Assembly: GCA_051362555.1 (NCBI GenBank)
Contig: CM120643.1
Span: 744,001 to 808,000 of the forward strand
Length of the DNA: 64,000 bases
Origin: Lingula anatina
Taxonomy: Eukaryota > Animalia > Brachiopoda
Direction of reading: 5' to 3'
Below are positions 1-10,696 of the stretch, in pieces (position 1 is the first letter of the stretch; the number at the start of each line of letters is the position of its first letter). Position numbers and translations under genes: made by a program. The notes under the pieces are model-generated. The model made no database searches. It was not told where the DNA came from and saw only the letters and a list, made by a program, of their open reading frames with translations.

Positions 1-10
1 TGTATGTAGG

Positions 11-668
11 CTAATGACGATGCTAAGTATTTCCAAGAAGAGAAAATAACCCATGATTTTTTGATGTATAATAATCCTCTTTACATTGATCTTATCGCCT
101 CTAACAACACAAAAACAAGAAAGAGAATGCTAAGAACAAATTTTCAACAAACAAATGCAAACTAGCTCTTATCTATAGCAAAAAACATTTGCTAGGAGAA
201 ATCTCTTCAACAAAGTTACTTTCAGGTAAAGAAAAAAAAAACAAACTGCCTCTTAAGTATATTTGTTATGACAGCCACTTTCGTGACATTGTGGAATTTA
301 GTCACGTTACACGAGCATGTGATCAAATTGTGTATGTCTTACGTCGTTGGTTTTTCTTCAATTGCAAGTTGACTGGGTATTTTCAAACACAAACAAATAA
401 TGCACAATATACGTGCTCTACAGGGATATAAACCTACACAACAATATTCAAGTGGCAGTGCCAAGTAAGTATTCCATGAATCACACATCAGCGTTATCCT
501 CTGCCAGGGCCGCGGTTATTATCATGTGGGCTGAGGCGAGTACGGAGAATAACCATGAATTTAACCAGAGACATATCTATGAATATCTAGTGAAAAATCA
601 ATCTGTGGCCCTGGTAGAGGATACATGTCATATACTAATTATACATAAGGGACAATTTTGGGAGAATT
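11..668 (+). repeat. Segmental repeat copy 1 (GPCR-upstream unit)
   Basis: Colinear with 3840-4507, from ctaatgacgat..ctaag through cataagggacaattttgggagaatt. Confidence 0.85.
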
Positions 669-830
669 GTGTTCTAATTTTAATTTAATTAAACACTGGA
701 AAAGAGATGCTGGATTAAGCCTGCACAATTGCATTTCAATACACTGGAAATTCTTTTTCTATTAACGGGCCTAAATTAATAAATTACACAAAATGAAAGG
801 ATACATAATTGTCTTCACAGTATATATGAA

Positions 831-1108
831 AGTGGCGAATTTAGAGGGGTGTGAGGGGGGTTCTGACTACCCCACTTCGATTCTTGAAAAAAAAAACATT
901 ATATGAATAATCCCCTCTTGAAATTAGAATGTTGACTAGCTGAATTATAGTTCTAAACCGTACCAAATGACACCTTTCGCCCCATAAAATAACAATATTT
1001 TGGCCATTCTGAGGGCCCGAATCCGGCCAGTAGGAGGGGGGGGGGGGCGGCGGCGGTCGGCCTTGCATCCGCGGACCCCCCTTCAAATATTCCTGGATCC
1101 TCCCCTGT
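831..1108. mobile_element. MITE with CAG(T/G)GGCGGAT...ATCC(G/T)CCCCTG termini (hAT-like ends)
   Basis: Starts agtggcgaattt and ends ggatcctcccctg; internal sequence matches 39554-39841 in reverse and 38400-38565. Confidence 0.65.
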
Positions 1109-1461
1109 ATACACAATATTTATTGTGAACAATATATCTCATCTTTACGGTTAATAAACATAAATCATCAGTAATAAAATGGTTGTTCATTGCCGCGTTT
1201 TTCCTGCGATTAGCCTTGTGAGGTGTCATAATAATGACAGTCAAAAAAATATAATTCTGTAAAGGCCCTATGACAACGGACTTCGCGTCCTCTTTATGTT
1301 TTCTTTAAATTTCAGTGCTCATTTCAACATTCCATTCAAATCAGTTGCACAACTTCATTCTTTGAATATCGCTCCCCCAGTCAAATACCTATTGTTACGA
1401 CTTCAAATAAAATTTTTTCTTGCTCAGTGTTTTATCTTTTATTAAAAGGTCGTTAACGGTT

Positions 1462-2180
1462 ATAATAATAATAATAATAATAATAATTTATTAAGATTGC
1501 AACCCAGTGGGTTGAAGTTGTACATAGAATGTTAAAAAAAAAAATTATAATGATAATAAAATGAAAGTTTGCATGAATAAAACTGAGTTAAAAGACTGCT
1601 AACTGAACTTTAAAATTATTGTACTTAGACTGCTAACTGAACTTTAAAATTATTGTACTTAAGATAAAAGACAGCATAATACTATTGGAAATTTAAAAGT
1701 GCATATGGAATAAAAGAGCAGCGGAATCTGTCGGTCTTAAATTTTGGCACTTTGTATCTATTGTTAGATCTTAAAAGACGATTGGAATGCTCAATTAAGA
1801 CGTGATTCAATTTGTCAGAGGATTCAGTTATTTTGTAAAAGAAAGTTTTGCACAGATCTTACCTTCGTTTTACTAAAGTGCACATATTTGCTAGGTTCAG
1901 GGCTTCATCATAGTGTAGGTCAGGGAAAATGATTTTTAAAGCACGACTTTGGACAGTCTCTAAAAGTTTGCATTGCTCTATAGTTAGTCCTGGATGCCAT
2001 ACATATTCTAGAATTGAGCGCACAATACTTTGGTAAACTTGGATTAAGTCAGCAGGGCTGAGCTTAGCTCGCTTCAGTTGACGGAGGAAATAGAGTCTTG
2101 CACAAGCCTTTTTATATATATGATCCACATGAGTACCCCATTTTAGGTCATTGCTAATATGGATGCCCAAAAGTTTGAAC
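1462..2180 (-). mobile_element. 5'-truncated non-LTR retrotransposon (CR1/L2-type), C-terminal ORF2 remnant
   Basis: ORF 1859-2170 reads LGIHISNDLKW..H...KKA..RLYFLRQLKR..RSILEY, typical of the region after the RT core; remnant KTDRFRCSFIPY further on; minus-strand AATAAA then a (TTA)n tail at 1462-1486. Confidence 0.85.
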
Positions 2181-2355
2181 TATTCAAAGTAGGATTGAAA
2201 TATTCAAAGTAGGATCTACATTTTGGTCATTCTTAATTTGATTCAAATAACTCACTTTATTTCACTTCAATTTCTTGTGTAAATAGTAGGGTTTATTCAA
2301 AGTTGTAATTTTCTTTCTCTTGATTAAAGCATTCATCAGAAAGCGTCGTTACTTT

Positions 2356-3416
2356 TTAGCTTAAATTCTGAGTGTTTGTTTTATCTGGGTGTATGCACCT
2401 ACAGCAACACATTGATTTTAGAGTACGTCGAAACGTTTCACCAAACAATCCATAAATGAAAAAATTCACAGAAGAGTTTAGCACTGCTAAGAGGTTTACC
2501 ACTTGGAAAGATAGCGGTATATTCCTTTTAATATTCTGTGGCAATGCTTCCGGATAGAAGCCAATAGCAAAAGAGCAAGAATACACCAGATGGAAAACTA
2601 GAGAAGAGACGGCAATCAAAATAGCTATTTTTGTCATTTCTTTGTGAATGGACAATTTTTGCACGGAAAGCGCTACACGGCGTTTAGATAGTTCACGCAA
2701 TGTGCGTATTATACGTCCATTGCATATCGTCATAAATGAAAAAGGAAAAAGAAAATAAAAAAGAGCGTGAAAAGCAAGATAAGTGATCCTTTGCTCAGGA
2801 AAACGGACAACGGGTGGTTTGAAGCAAAATGGATAGGTCTTGTCCAACGAACACGACTGAAATCCAATTGAAACAACGGAGAAATACTTCGGTATAGTGC
2901 TAATGAAAGAGCCAATGACCAGGGCTACTACCCACCCAACCCATGACTTCAGTTACGATCTCGATATATTCAGCAGCTGTGAAACTGAATCAGACGGTAG
3001 CGGTCCACGGTAACAAGAACGCACATCCAAATCGGTATAAGTCCGAGCCAGTAGTTGAGTGACCAAAGCACTCGTGTATGTTTCGCAATAAGGGGAAGGG
3101 TCCCGGGTATTAGCTCAATGTAGGAGAATATGGACGGGATGCTGACAAAGAAAGTTTGTGAAAGGAGATAGATATTATCAGCAACTGCCAAGCAACTGAG
3201 CAAAAAGGTCGATGAATTCTGGATCTTAAAATTTCGAAACACGACAAAAGACATCGTGTTCAAAATGAGACCAACCACAGCAACGAAGAAAGCCAAAACC
3301 CCACCAACTAAATGTACATGAACTTTGAAATCTACATTATCATCCAATCCCCCCTCTACCCCAGTATTATTTGACCTGATATTTGGAAAATCAACCGTCG
3401 ACTCAGTCTCATTCAT
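2356..3416 (-). pseudogene. Intronless rhodopsin-class GPCR, FMRFamide/peptide-receptor-like, with a frameshift and an in-frame stop
   Basis: N-glycosylation sites in the N-terminus, GLILN (TM1), LAVAD (TM2), VDRY (TM3), NSSVNFFIY..G..FR (TM7/H8) and a Cys-rich tail; the frame breaks just after DRY (~2980) and the second frame has TAA before TM4. Confidence 0.85.
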
Positions 3417-3839
3417 ATTTTTAATCTGTCCTGCTTACCTCCGTGTCTCAGCTAACCCCAGGTGCTCGTTCATGTACAAGAAGCAACTAAACTAAATTTG
3501 AAATTATCATGCTTATATGGACGTCCATTCAACCAATTCATATTTACGTCTTAGATGTCGTCCAGCAATCTTACCAAAATCGTCATTTGGCTTTTAATAA
3601 GGGAAATTATTATGGGCTACATATAATCCAGTCATGGTGTCATTTCACAAAATTTGTTTGTCTCAAAAGTCGCCTTACTTCTTATATAATAACGCTGACG
3701 TTATTTGTAACAGAGGAAGATCTAGAAGATTAAAAGCTATGAAAGAGCATTGGAACTATGGAAAATTTATACTTCACACCAGTACAGACGCGCGTCTCAG
3801 ACAAAAGTTTCAAGTTTCAAGATTTCCTCTGTGTAGTTC

Positions 3840-4507
3840 TAATGACGATACTAAGTCTGTCCAAGAAAATAACCCACGATTAGTTACTGTATAATAATCC
3901 ACATTACGTAGATCCTTCTCGCCTCTAACAACACAAAAACAAGAAAGAGAATGTTAAGAACAACTTTTCAACAAACAAATGCAAACTAGCTCTTATCTGG
4001 TGCAAGAATGAAGTACGTTTAAAAATTCCTGCTGAAAAACTTTTGGTTTGGCCTGATACCATGTACACATCCTTTATTCTATCACAGAGCTAGGAGAAAT
4101 ATTCTCTACAAAGTTGCTTTCAGGTTAATAAAAAAAAAACAGCCACTTTCTTGACGTTGTGAAATTTAGTCACGTTACACAAGCACGTGATCAAATTGTG
4201 TACGTTATACGTCGCTGCTTTTTGCTTTTTCTTCAAATTGCAAGTTGACTGAGTATTTTTAAACACAAACAAATCATGCACAATACACGTGTTCCACAGG
4301 GATATAGACCTACACGACAATATTCAAGTGGCAGTGCCAAGTAAGTGTTCCATGAATCACACATCAGCATTATCCTCTACCAGGGCCGCGGTTATTATTA
4401 TGTGGACATTGAATATCTAGTGAAAAATCAATATGTGGCCCTGGTAGAGGGTACATCAGCGCATGTCATATACTAATTATACATAAGGGACAATTTTGGG
4501 AGAATTA
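3840..4507 (+). repeat. Segmental repeat copy 2 (directly upstream of the GPCR)
   Basis: Colinear with 11-668, with indels. Confidence 0.85.
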
Positions 4508-4583
4508 TATTTATGTAGTCAAATGTTCACAAGCACAACGAAGCTCTGTTTTTGCTCCAAATCAAGTAAGATAAGTCCATATT

Positions 4584-4790
4584 ACTGAAATTGTCATTTA
4601 TTAATGACGAAAACTAAAAAGATACAAAGTTACAAAACTGGGGAGATAATAAACATCCCCCAAACTATATAAGTGCTAAATATAAAAATAATAAAGTAAG
4701 TTAATGAAATGTAACCAGGATTAATTATGAAAAATATGAGAAATCACAACAGCTATAGGAGCAAAAAGTTGGCGCAAATGAAAATAAAGG
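4584..4790 (+). repeat. ~205 bp arm, inverted relative to 9874-10082, followed by a hairpin (gatgtgag/ctcacatc) resembling a Helentron 3' end
   Basis: Near-exact reverse complement of 9874-10082. Confidence 0.9.
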
Positions 4791-4996
4791 CGGGGATGTG
4801 AGCTTGTCTCACATCATATGGCCTTTTATAGCTGTTGTGATTTCTCATATTTTTCATAATTAATCATAATAATATAATGAATAACAGTTGAAGTAGATTA
4901 TACCTCATATGTCCCCTGCCCTAGTCAATAAAATATTAATGAATGGAAAATAATAACTTATTATTATTATTATTAAAAATTTTCCTTTGGTATTAG

Positions 4997-6155
4997 GAAC
5001 AAAGAGAAGTAAAAGGCAACTGAAACCTGTGGCAGTACCATCTTTGTTTTCTTGGCAGAAAGAAGAATCTCAGGCTGCCAAGAACAGGTCAAACAGAGCA
5101 AGAAGGCGTAGTGATCGCGGTGAGCAACCCCAACCCAATCCTGAAGTTGTATTTGAAGGTGTTGATGTGACAGAGGAAATTATTGAGGTAGACACTCCAG
5201 ATATTGTGCTGGAAGCTACTAGTGCACCAACCACCCTAGGTGACAGTTCCACACAGACTCCCTTCTACCCTAAACTTTCTATTGAGGAGCTGAGCACCAA
5301 TGATAAAATGCTAAACTATTACACAGGATTGCAGAATCATGAACATTTTGTCTATGTTTTATCAACACTAGGCCCTGCTGCCTACCACTTAAATTATAGG
5401 TGGCGAAAACCTATCAATATTTCAGTTGAAAATCAGTTACTATTGACTTTAGTTAAACTTCGCTTACATTCTCCAAACAAAGAAGTTGGATTTTTATTTG
5501 GCATATCAGAATTTTGTGTGAGCAATATCTTTGTCACGTGGGTCAATTTCATGTATTTTGAGTGGCAAAAACTTGACATCTGGCCTGTCAAAGAACTTGT
5601 TGACTTTTATATGCCTCAGGACTTCAAAGATAAGTTCCCTACCACTATGGAGTTGAAATGCCCATCAAGAAACCCAGCAAGCCTGTTGCCCAGCAAGTAA
5701 CTTTTTCTACGTACAAAAACAAGAACACCATCAAGACTATCGTTGGTGTGACTCCTGGTGGGATGGTTTCACACATTCCCCCTGCCTATGGTGGCTCTGC
5801 AAGTGACCGTTTGTTAATAGAGCGAGACAACATCCATGTCAAATGCCAGCGTGGGGATTCTGTGATGGCAGATAAAGGATTTGATATACAGGACATTTAT
5901 GCTCCTTATGGTGTATTAGTGAATACTCCAACTTTTTTCCGAAATAAGAACCAGTTATCAGGAACTGAAATTCTCCACGATAGGAAAATTGCCAGTAAAC
6001 GTGTTCATGTTGAGAGACTGATTGGTCTGGCCAAAACTTATAATATAATGAAGACCCCATTAAATGACACTGAAACTGCATTGGGCACACAGATAGTGTT
6101 TGTGTGTTTTATGCTTGTAAACTTCAGAAACTGCATTGTACCCAAAACAGCATAG
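4997..6155 (+). pseudogene. ISL2EU-type (PIF/Harbinger, DDE_Tnp_4-like) transposase, 5'-truncated and frameshifted
   Basis: THAP C-terminal motif LKPVAVPSLF, YYTGL, HTH QLLLTLVKLR..FGIS, then (D)GVEMPIKKP, YGGSASD, MADKGF and RVHVERLIGLAK; frameshift at ~5646; start inferred from a splice acceptor near 4996. Confidence 0.9.
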
Positions 6156-6556
6156 CCTGTGTAAATTGCAAGATGTGATTGATAATATGAACAAAAGTTT
6201 ATTTCCTACAAACATTTAATTCATTAAACATGCAAATATTTCTCAGATGCAAACAAACATAGCTTTTATTGTACACATAATTGAATATCAAGGTGCATCT
6301 GCAGAGCAATACAAAGGAGTGAATTTGAAAACCTTCAAAGGCTACCATTTTCCATTATCACGTGAATACAGTGCATGAAATTAAGATATTATCTGCTTAG
6401 ACATAAGGTAAATGGTACGATTTTAAACTTGGCATTATTTGTATATATTCTGAAAGCATTAATAATAACTGCATCATTATATGTACTTGGTGATACAAGC
6501 ATTTTCTTTGTTAATGTGCTTCTTAACATTTAGAGGGGACAAAGGCACAACACATT

Positions 6557-8708
6557 TCAATATCTTTCATGATACAGGTACCTTTCCAAATAAACTCTTC
6601 TGAAATGCTTAACAAAAAAATCATCTAATTTTTTTTAACATTTCCTCTACCATCACTATGTCATAAGTGATACTAATTATTTTAATGTCTTTGAGGGTAA
6701 ATACTGCAAAGTCACACTTTTTTGTCTTTGTTATGTGCATTGCACCTTGCACCTGATACATATAGTCATGGTTTTTCTTTAATTTCAACTGGCCATTGTT
6801 GTCATATTCTAAGTAGGGCACTGTGACTGGGGATATGATTTGCTCTTTACTTGAATAAGGACACTTCACTTCTAATATCTTGTCGACGCTCACAATACCA
6901 TCCGGAGAGGCAGCAAGATATGGACGAGATGCATCAACCCATAATCCAGTTTTCTGAACAGTCACCCCGGAAATTTTCTCATATTCACGTACTGCTTTGA
7001 ACTCATAACGTTGTCCATGGCGAATGGGTTTGGTATTCAACTGTTTTACAGATTGAAGTTCTTTGGCAGCTTTGCCAGGGTCTGCCTTCTTCATTTTACA
7101 AATTTTCCCAAAGTTTGAAGAAGTAATTCTTTTACAGCGCTCGGAATACCAAATTTTGTTTGTGTTTTGTCCCATAGTTGCTGTCTTCACTTTCTGCATT
7201 TCAGTGGCATTGATTACGGTAATGTTTTCAGATTCAAGAAATTGATCTTCTGGTGATAGTTTATTGTAATCATGGTCTGAGTAAACAGCCCTGAGATTTG
7301 CAGGAGGGAATAATTGAAGGATAGCAGGATTGGCAGATGTGTTGGCAGCAAAGTTGATGGAAGCATTGGCTACTCTTGAGTAAACAGCCGAAGGTGTTTC
7401 ATTGAACTGTTCTGGAATGGGGTTAAATATTAATTTGGAATTGTTAGACCTGGATGGCACATTGGCTGTCTTGATGGGAGAACCATAGTGAATTTTCTTT
7501 GGGCGATGAAAAGACTGCAACTCTGCAGTACATGTCGTTTCCAAGACCATTTTATTTCCATTGCTGCAGTCCAAAATTGCTAGCATGCATGCCCTTACAT
7601 GCTTACAGTGTGCTGACGGCCCTTCCCCTGCTTTGCACTCACACTGGCTTTCTAAAAAATATCCATCTTGCTCCAGCTTGATATCTATGGTGTAAGTAAC
7701 TGCTCTACGCATCTTTGCACGACACTGAGCTCGCACAAAAATAAATGATTCAGTTTTGCAAAACCGAATAAATCTGATGAATCTGGAATATAATATAATA
7801 TAATATAATTTTTCTTTCTTCTAAGATTGCAACCCACTCCGATCTCTAGCCCAAAATAGTATTACAAAATTTAGAGAGTCCTCTGTACCTGAGATAACTT
7901 AAGGTAAAAAAGCAGACTATTTCTTAAGATTATAAATTAATACTGAAACAACATACCTGTCCTTGTACATATCCATTGCTAGTTTGTTGAGACTTGTCCC
8001 TAGGGGCAGAAGGAACTGATCAACAAACTCTTGGCTTGTTTTGATCACTGAACCTGCCACGTCTTTGTACAACTTATCATCTGGTCTTAGCATTTGGTAC
8101 TCCCTCTTTGACTCCTCTTGGCCAGTCAAGCACATTCTGTCATATGCAACTAAGCTAAAATAAAATAAAAATATACAAAAACATTATTATTTTAGGACAC
8201 TTAACTTCCATAAATATATAAAGACGATTTCACAGATACAGGGTACAAGTATGTTAATTGTTTTAGATTTAAATTTATTCATGATTTCAGTATTTAAAAA
8301 AATGCATATCAAGAACATAATTTTCTTATTTTTAATATTAATGACTGCATGTTTACCAAGCTCACCCAAAAGCTACGCACACATTTCCGCCATTAATTCA
8401 ACAAATTACGACACGAAAAGGTCTTCTCACAAACTACAATAATAAACAACTAACGAAATTCTGAAATTCGCATACTTTTCGACTTTCTCCTCAAATATCT
8501 GCTTCGGGAGTAATACTAGTATATCTATTAGTAATACTAACAGTAAATTACAAAATTCAATGAGATTGAGTGCTACACGAAAAGCGCTTGAAAGCGAAAC
8601 GCTCACTCACCGGTCTATTAAATCTTTTTTCCTGCCACTGACCCGTGCTCTTCTTCTTCTCAGTTCTTCTTTCAGTTTCTTTAACGGCCATTCATCATAT
8701 GTAGTCAT
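6557..8708 (-). CDS. Three-exon SAP + SWIM zinc finger + YqaJ/lambda-type exonuclease (second gene of the ISL2EU-type element); exons 8611-8708, 7957-8154 and 6557-7782
   Basis: Exon 1 MTTYDEWPLKKLKEELRRRRARVSGRKKDLIDR (SAP-like); GT-AG introns stay in phase; CECKAG...CKH (SWIM); W...R..RITSS, HG..YE, ASPDG, EVKCP and YMYQVQG (YqaJ); a 1-nt homopolymer slip at ~6632 gives a stop at 6621, otherwise the frame reads to 6557. Confidence 0.88.
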
Positions 8709-9609
8709 TTTTGCGGTACAAAAGAGAAAAAACTAATCATAAATCGCGATGACACAATCGTATTGCCCACGCTATAAACAGGAAGTTCAATTTCCTGTGC
8801 TGGTGCGGTTGTGGCGACGCGTAGCGGGGATATCTGCACGGTCTCTCATTCCATCGAGCTGCATTCAGTGAGAAGTCATTCAGCTTTGTAGCTGCGGATA
8901 TATTTACCCGCAGTTTTAGCAGCTACACTGTATTATTACTTACGTTTCTTTATTGTTATTTGTACATCCTCCACCCTCCCCTACCACCTGCCTTCATCCT
9001 TGTGGTGTTTTTAACACTTAGACTTATTTACTTTCAAGCGGCACCTGTGTGACATAATTAAGGGGGGCACCTAATTGGACAGTGCCACTTTGCCTCTGGA
9101 AGGCCTGGTAATCAGAGGCATAAGAGTTCAGTTATTCAGGAGACAGTTAATGCTCTCCCTCACTTTTCTCGTAAAATTCACAACATTAAGAAGTGCATTA
9201 TTCAGGAGTAAAATTTTAAAGGTGATGTTTGGTAAACTTATTCAAACTCCCCCCCCCCCCCCCCAATATTTTTTTTTCTCTTTTCATGACTAATGAAGCA
9301 GATTTGAGCATTGGCTCAATGTAACATGGTTGTATTTATGCTTGTTAGCTATAACTCGTTTGGCACATTAATTAGTCATTTCAGATTATCTGGTTATCAT
9401 TTGTTTATTGATATATATCATACATGTGAGATTATTACTTTAAAACTATAGTTAGGTAAATGTACTATGCAGGGCATATGTGGCAGTACGTATGCCAAAA
9501 GAATTAACTCTATGATTGGGCTGTCAGAGCAATGAGGAAACCTACGTCCCCGTCCTAAAAAGGTAGGGGTTGCGTAGCTCGCTCTCAGCCTAGGCCGGCT
9601 TTAGAATGT

Positions 9610-10082
9610 GCCTTTTGCCTTTTATTTTCATTTGCGCCAACCATTTGCGCCAACTTTTTGCTCCTATAGCTGTTGTGATTTCTCATATTTTTCATAAGCC
9701 TTTTATTTTCATTTGCGCCAACTTTTTGCTCATATAGCTGTTGTGATTTCTCATATTTTTCATACTTAATCCTGGTTACATTTCATTAACTTACTTTATT
9801 ATTTTTATATTTAGCACTTATATAGTTTGGGGGATGTTTATTATCTCCCCAGTTTTGTAACTTTGTATCTTTGGCCTTTTATTTTCATTTGCGCCAACTT
9901 TTTGCTCCTATAGCTGTTGTGATTTCTCATATTTTTCATAATTAATCCTGGTTACATTTCATTAACTTACTTTATTATTTTTATATTTAGCACTTATATA
10001 GTTTGGGGGATGTTTATTATCTCCCCAGTTTTGTAACTTTGTATCTTTTTAGTTTTCGTCATTAATAAATGACAATTTCAGT
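9610..10082 (-). repeat. Ladder of same-start copies (about 7, 80, 175 and 209 bp), inverted relative to 4584-4790
   Basis: Each copy begins gcctttt(attttcatttgcgccaac), at ~9610, 9618, 9698 and 9874. Confidence 0.9.
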
Positions 10083-10696
10083 CACCCCTTATTCTATCAC
10101 ATGTGCACGGCTAGGTGAAACAACAAAGTTGTATTCAGGTTCCAAAAATAAATAAATAAATAAAATAGAACAAAAAAGGCTCATTTGGACTTACCTCTCA
10201 AGTATATTACAAACTTGACATTCAATATAGTCTATTATTTATCTAAATCTTTTTTTTCTGTTTTTTCCTGTTTTACTGACTGATAAATGAACATATTATT
10301 ATTAAATTATCTCTTTGATATCTGTAAACTCTATATTGACTAGTTGAGCGGTACAGGTGAAATTTGACCTCAATAAAGAAATGCTGTTTCTGTGTTTTAC
10401 CCAGAAACGGTCACTTTCCCTTCTTCATTGGAGAAACAGACCACGATATGTTGCGGTTTACAGTGGCTTCTAGTATCCTTATCTGCTAAAACCAGTTTGG
10501 TGTTCACTAAGGGCCTTGAAAAACACGTTCTGGTGGCAATTTGCCCCTCATTCTGAAAGGACTGGGTGGTTTTTGTTAAGTTGCAGCAGCATATCCGGAA
10601 GGACAGTGAGTCTTGTAACCTGGTGGTAAGATTTCGATACATTGGGAGTGGCCTCTGTGTAGGTAGATCAGTCTGGGCATTCACATGTACATCTAT

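Larger units (their letters stand above)
4997..8846 (+). mobile_element. ISL2EU-type DNA transposon, left end missing
   Basis: Convergent THAP-DDE transposase and YqaJ genes; probable right terminus ...tatctgcacggtct at ~8844; no matching left TIR seen. Confidence 0.75.

Noticed and set aside
9470-9615. SINE-like 3' segment before the repeat ladder (similar impression at 57375-57575)
   Set aside because: No tRNA-like A/B boxes and no second copy in the window to support the call
4584-10082. Treating the 205-bp inverted arms as the native TIRs of the ISL2EU element
   Set aside because: No target-site duplication, the THAP exon is missing inside the left arm, and a separate terminus-like sequence lies at ~8844
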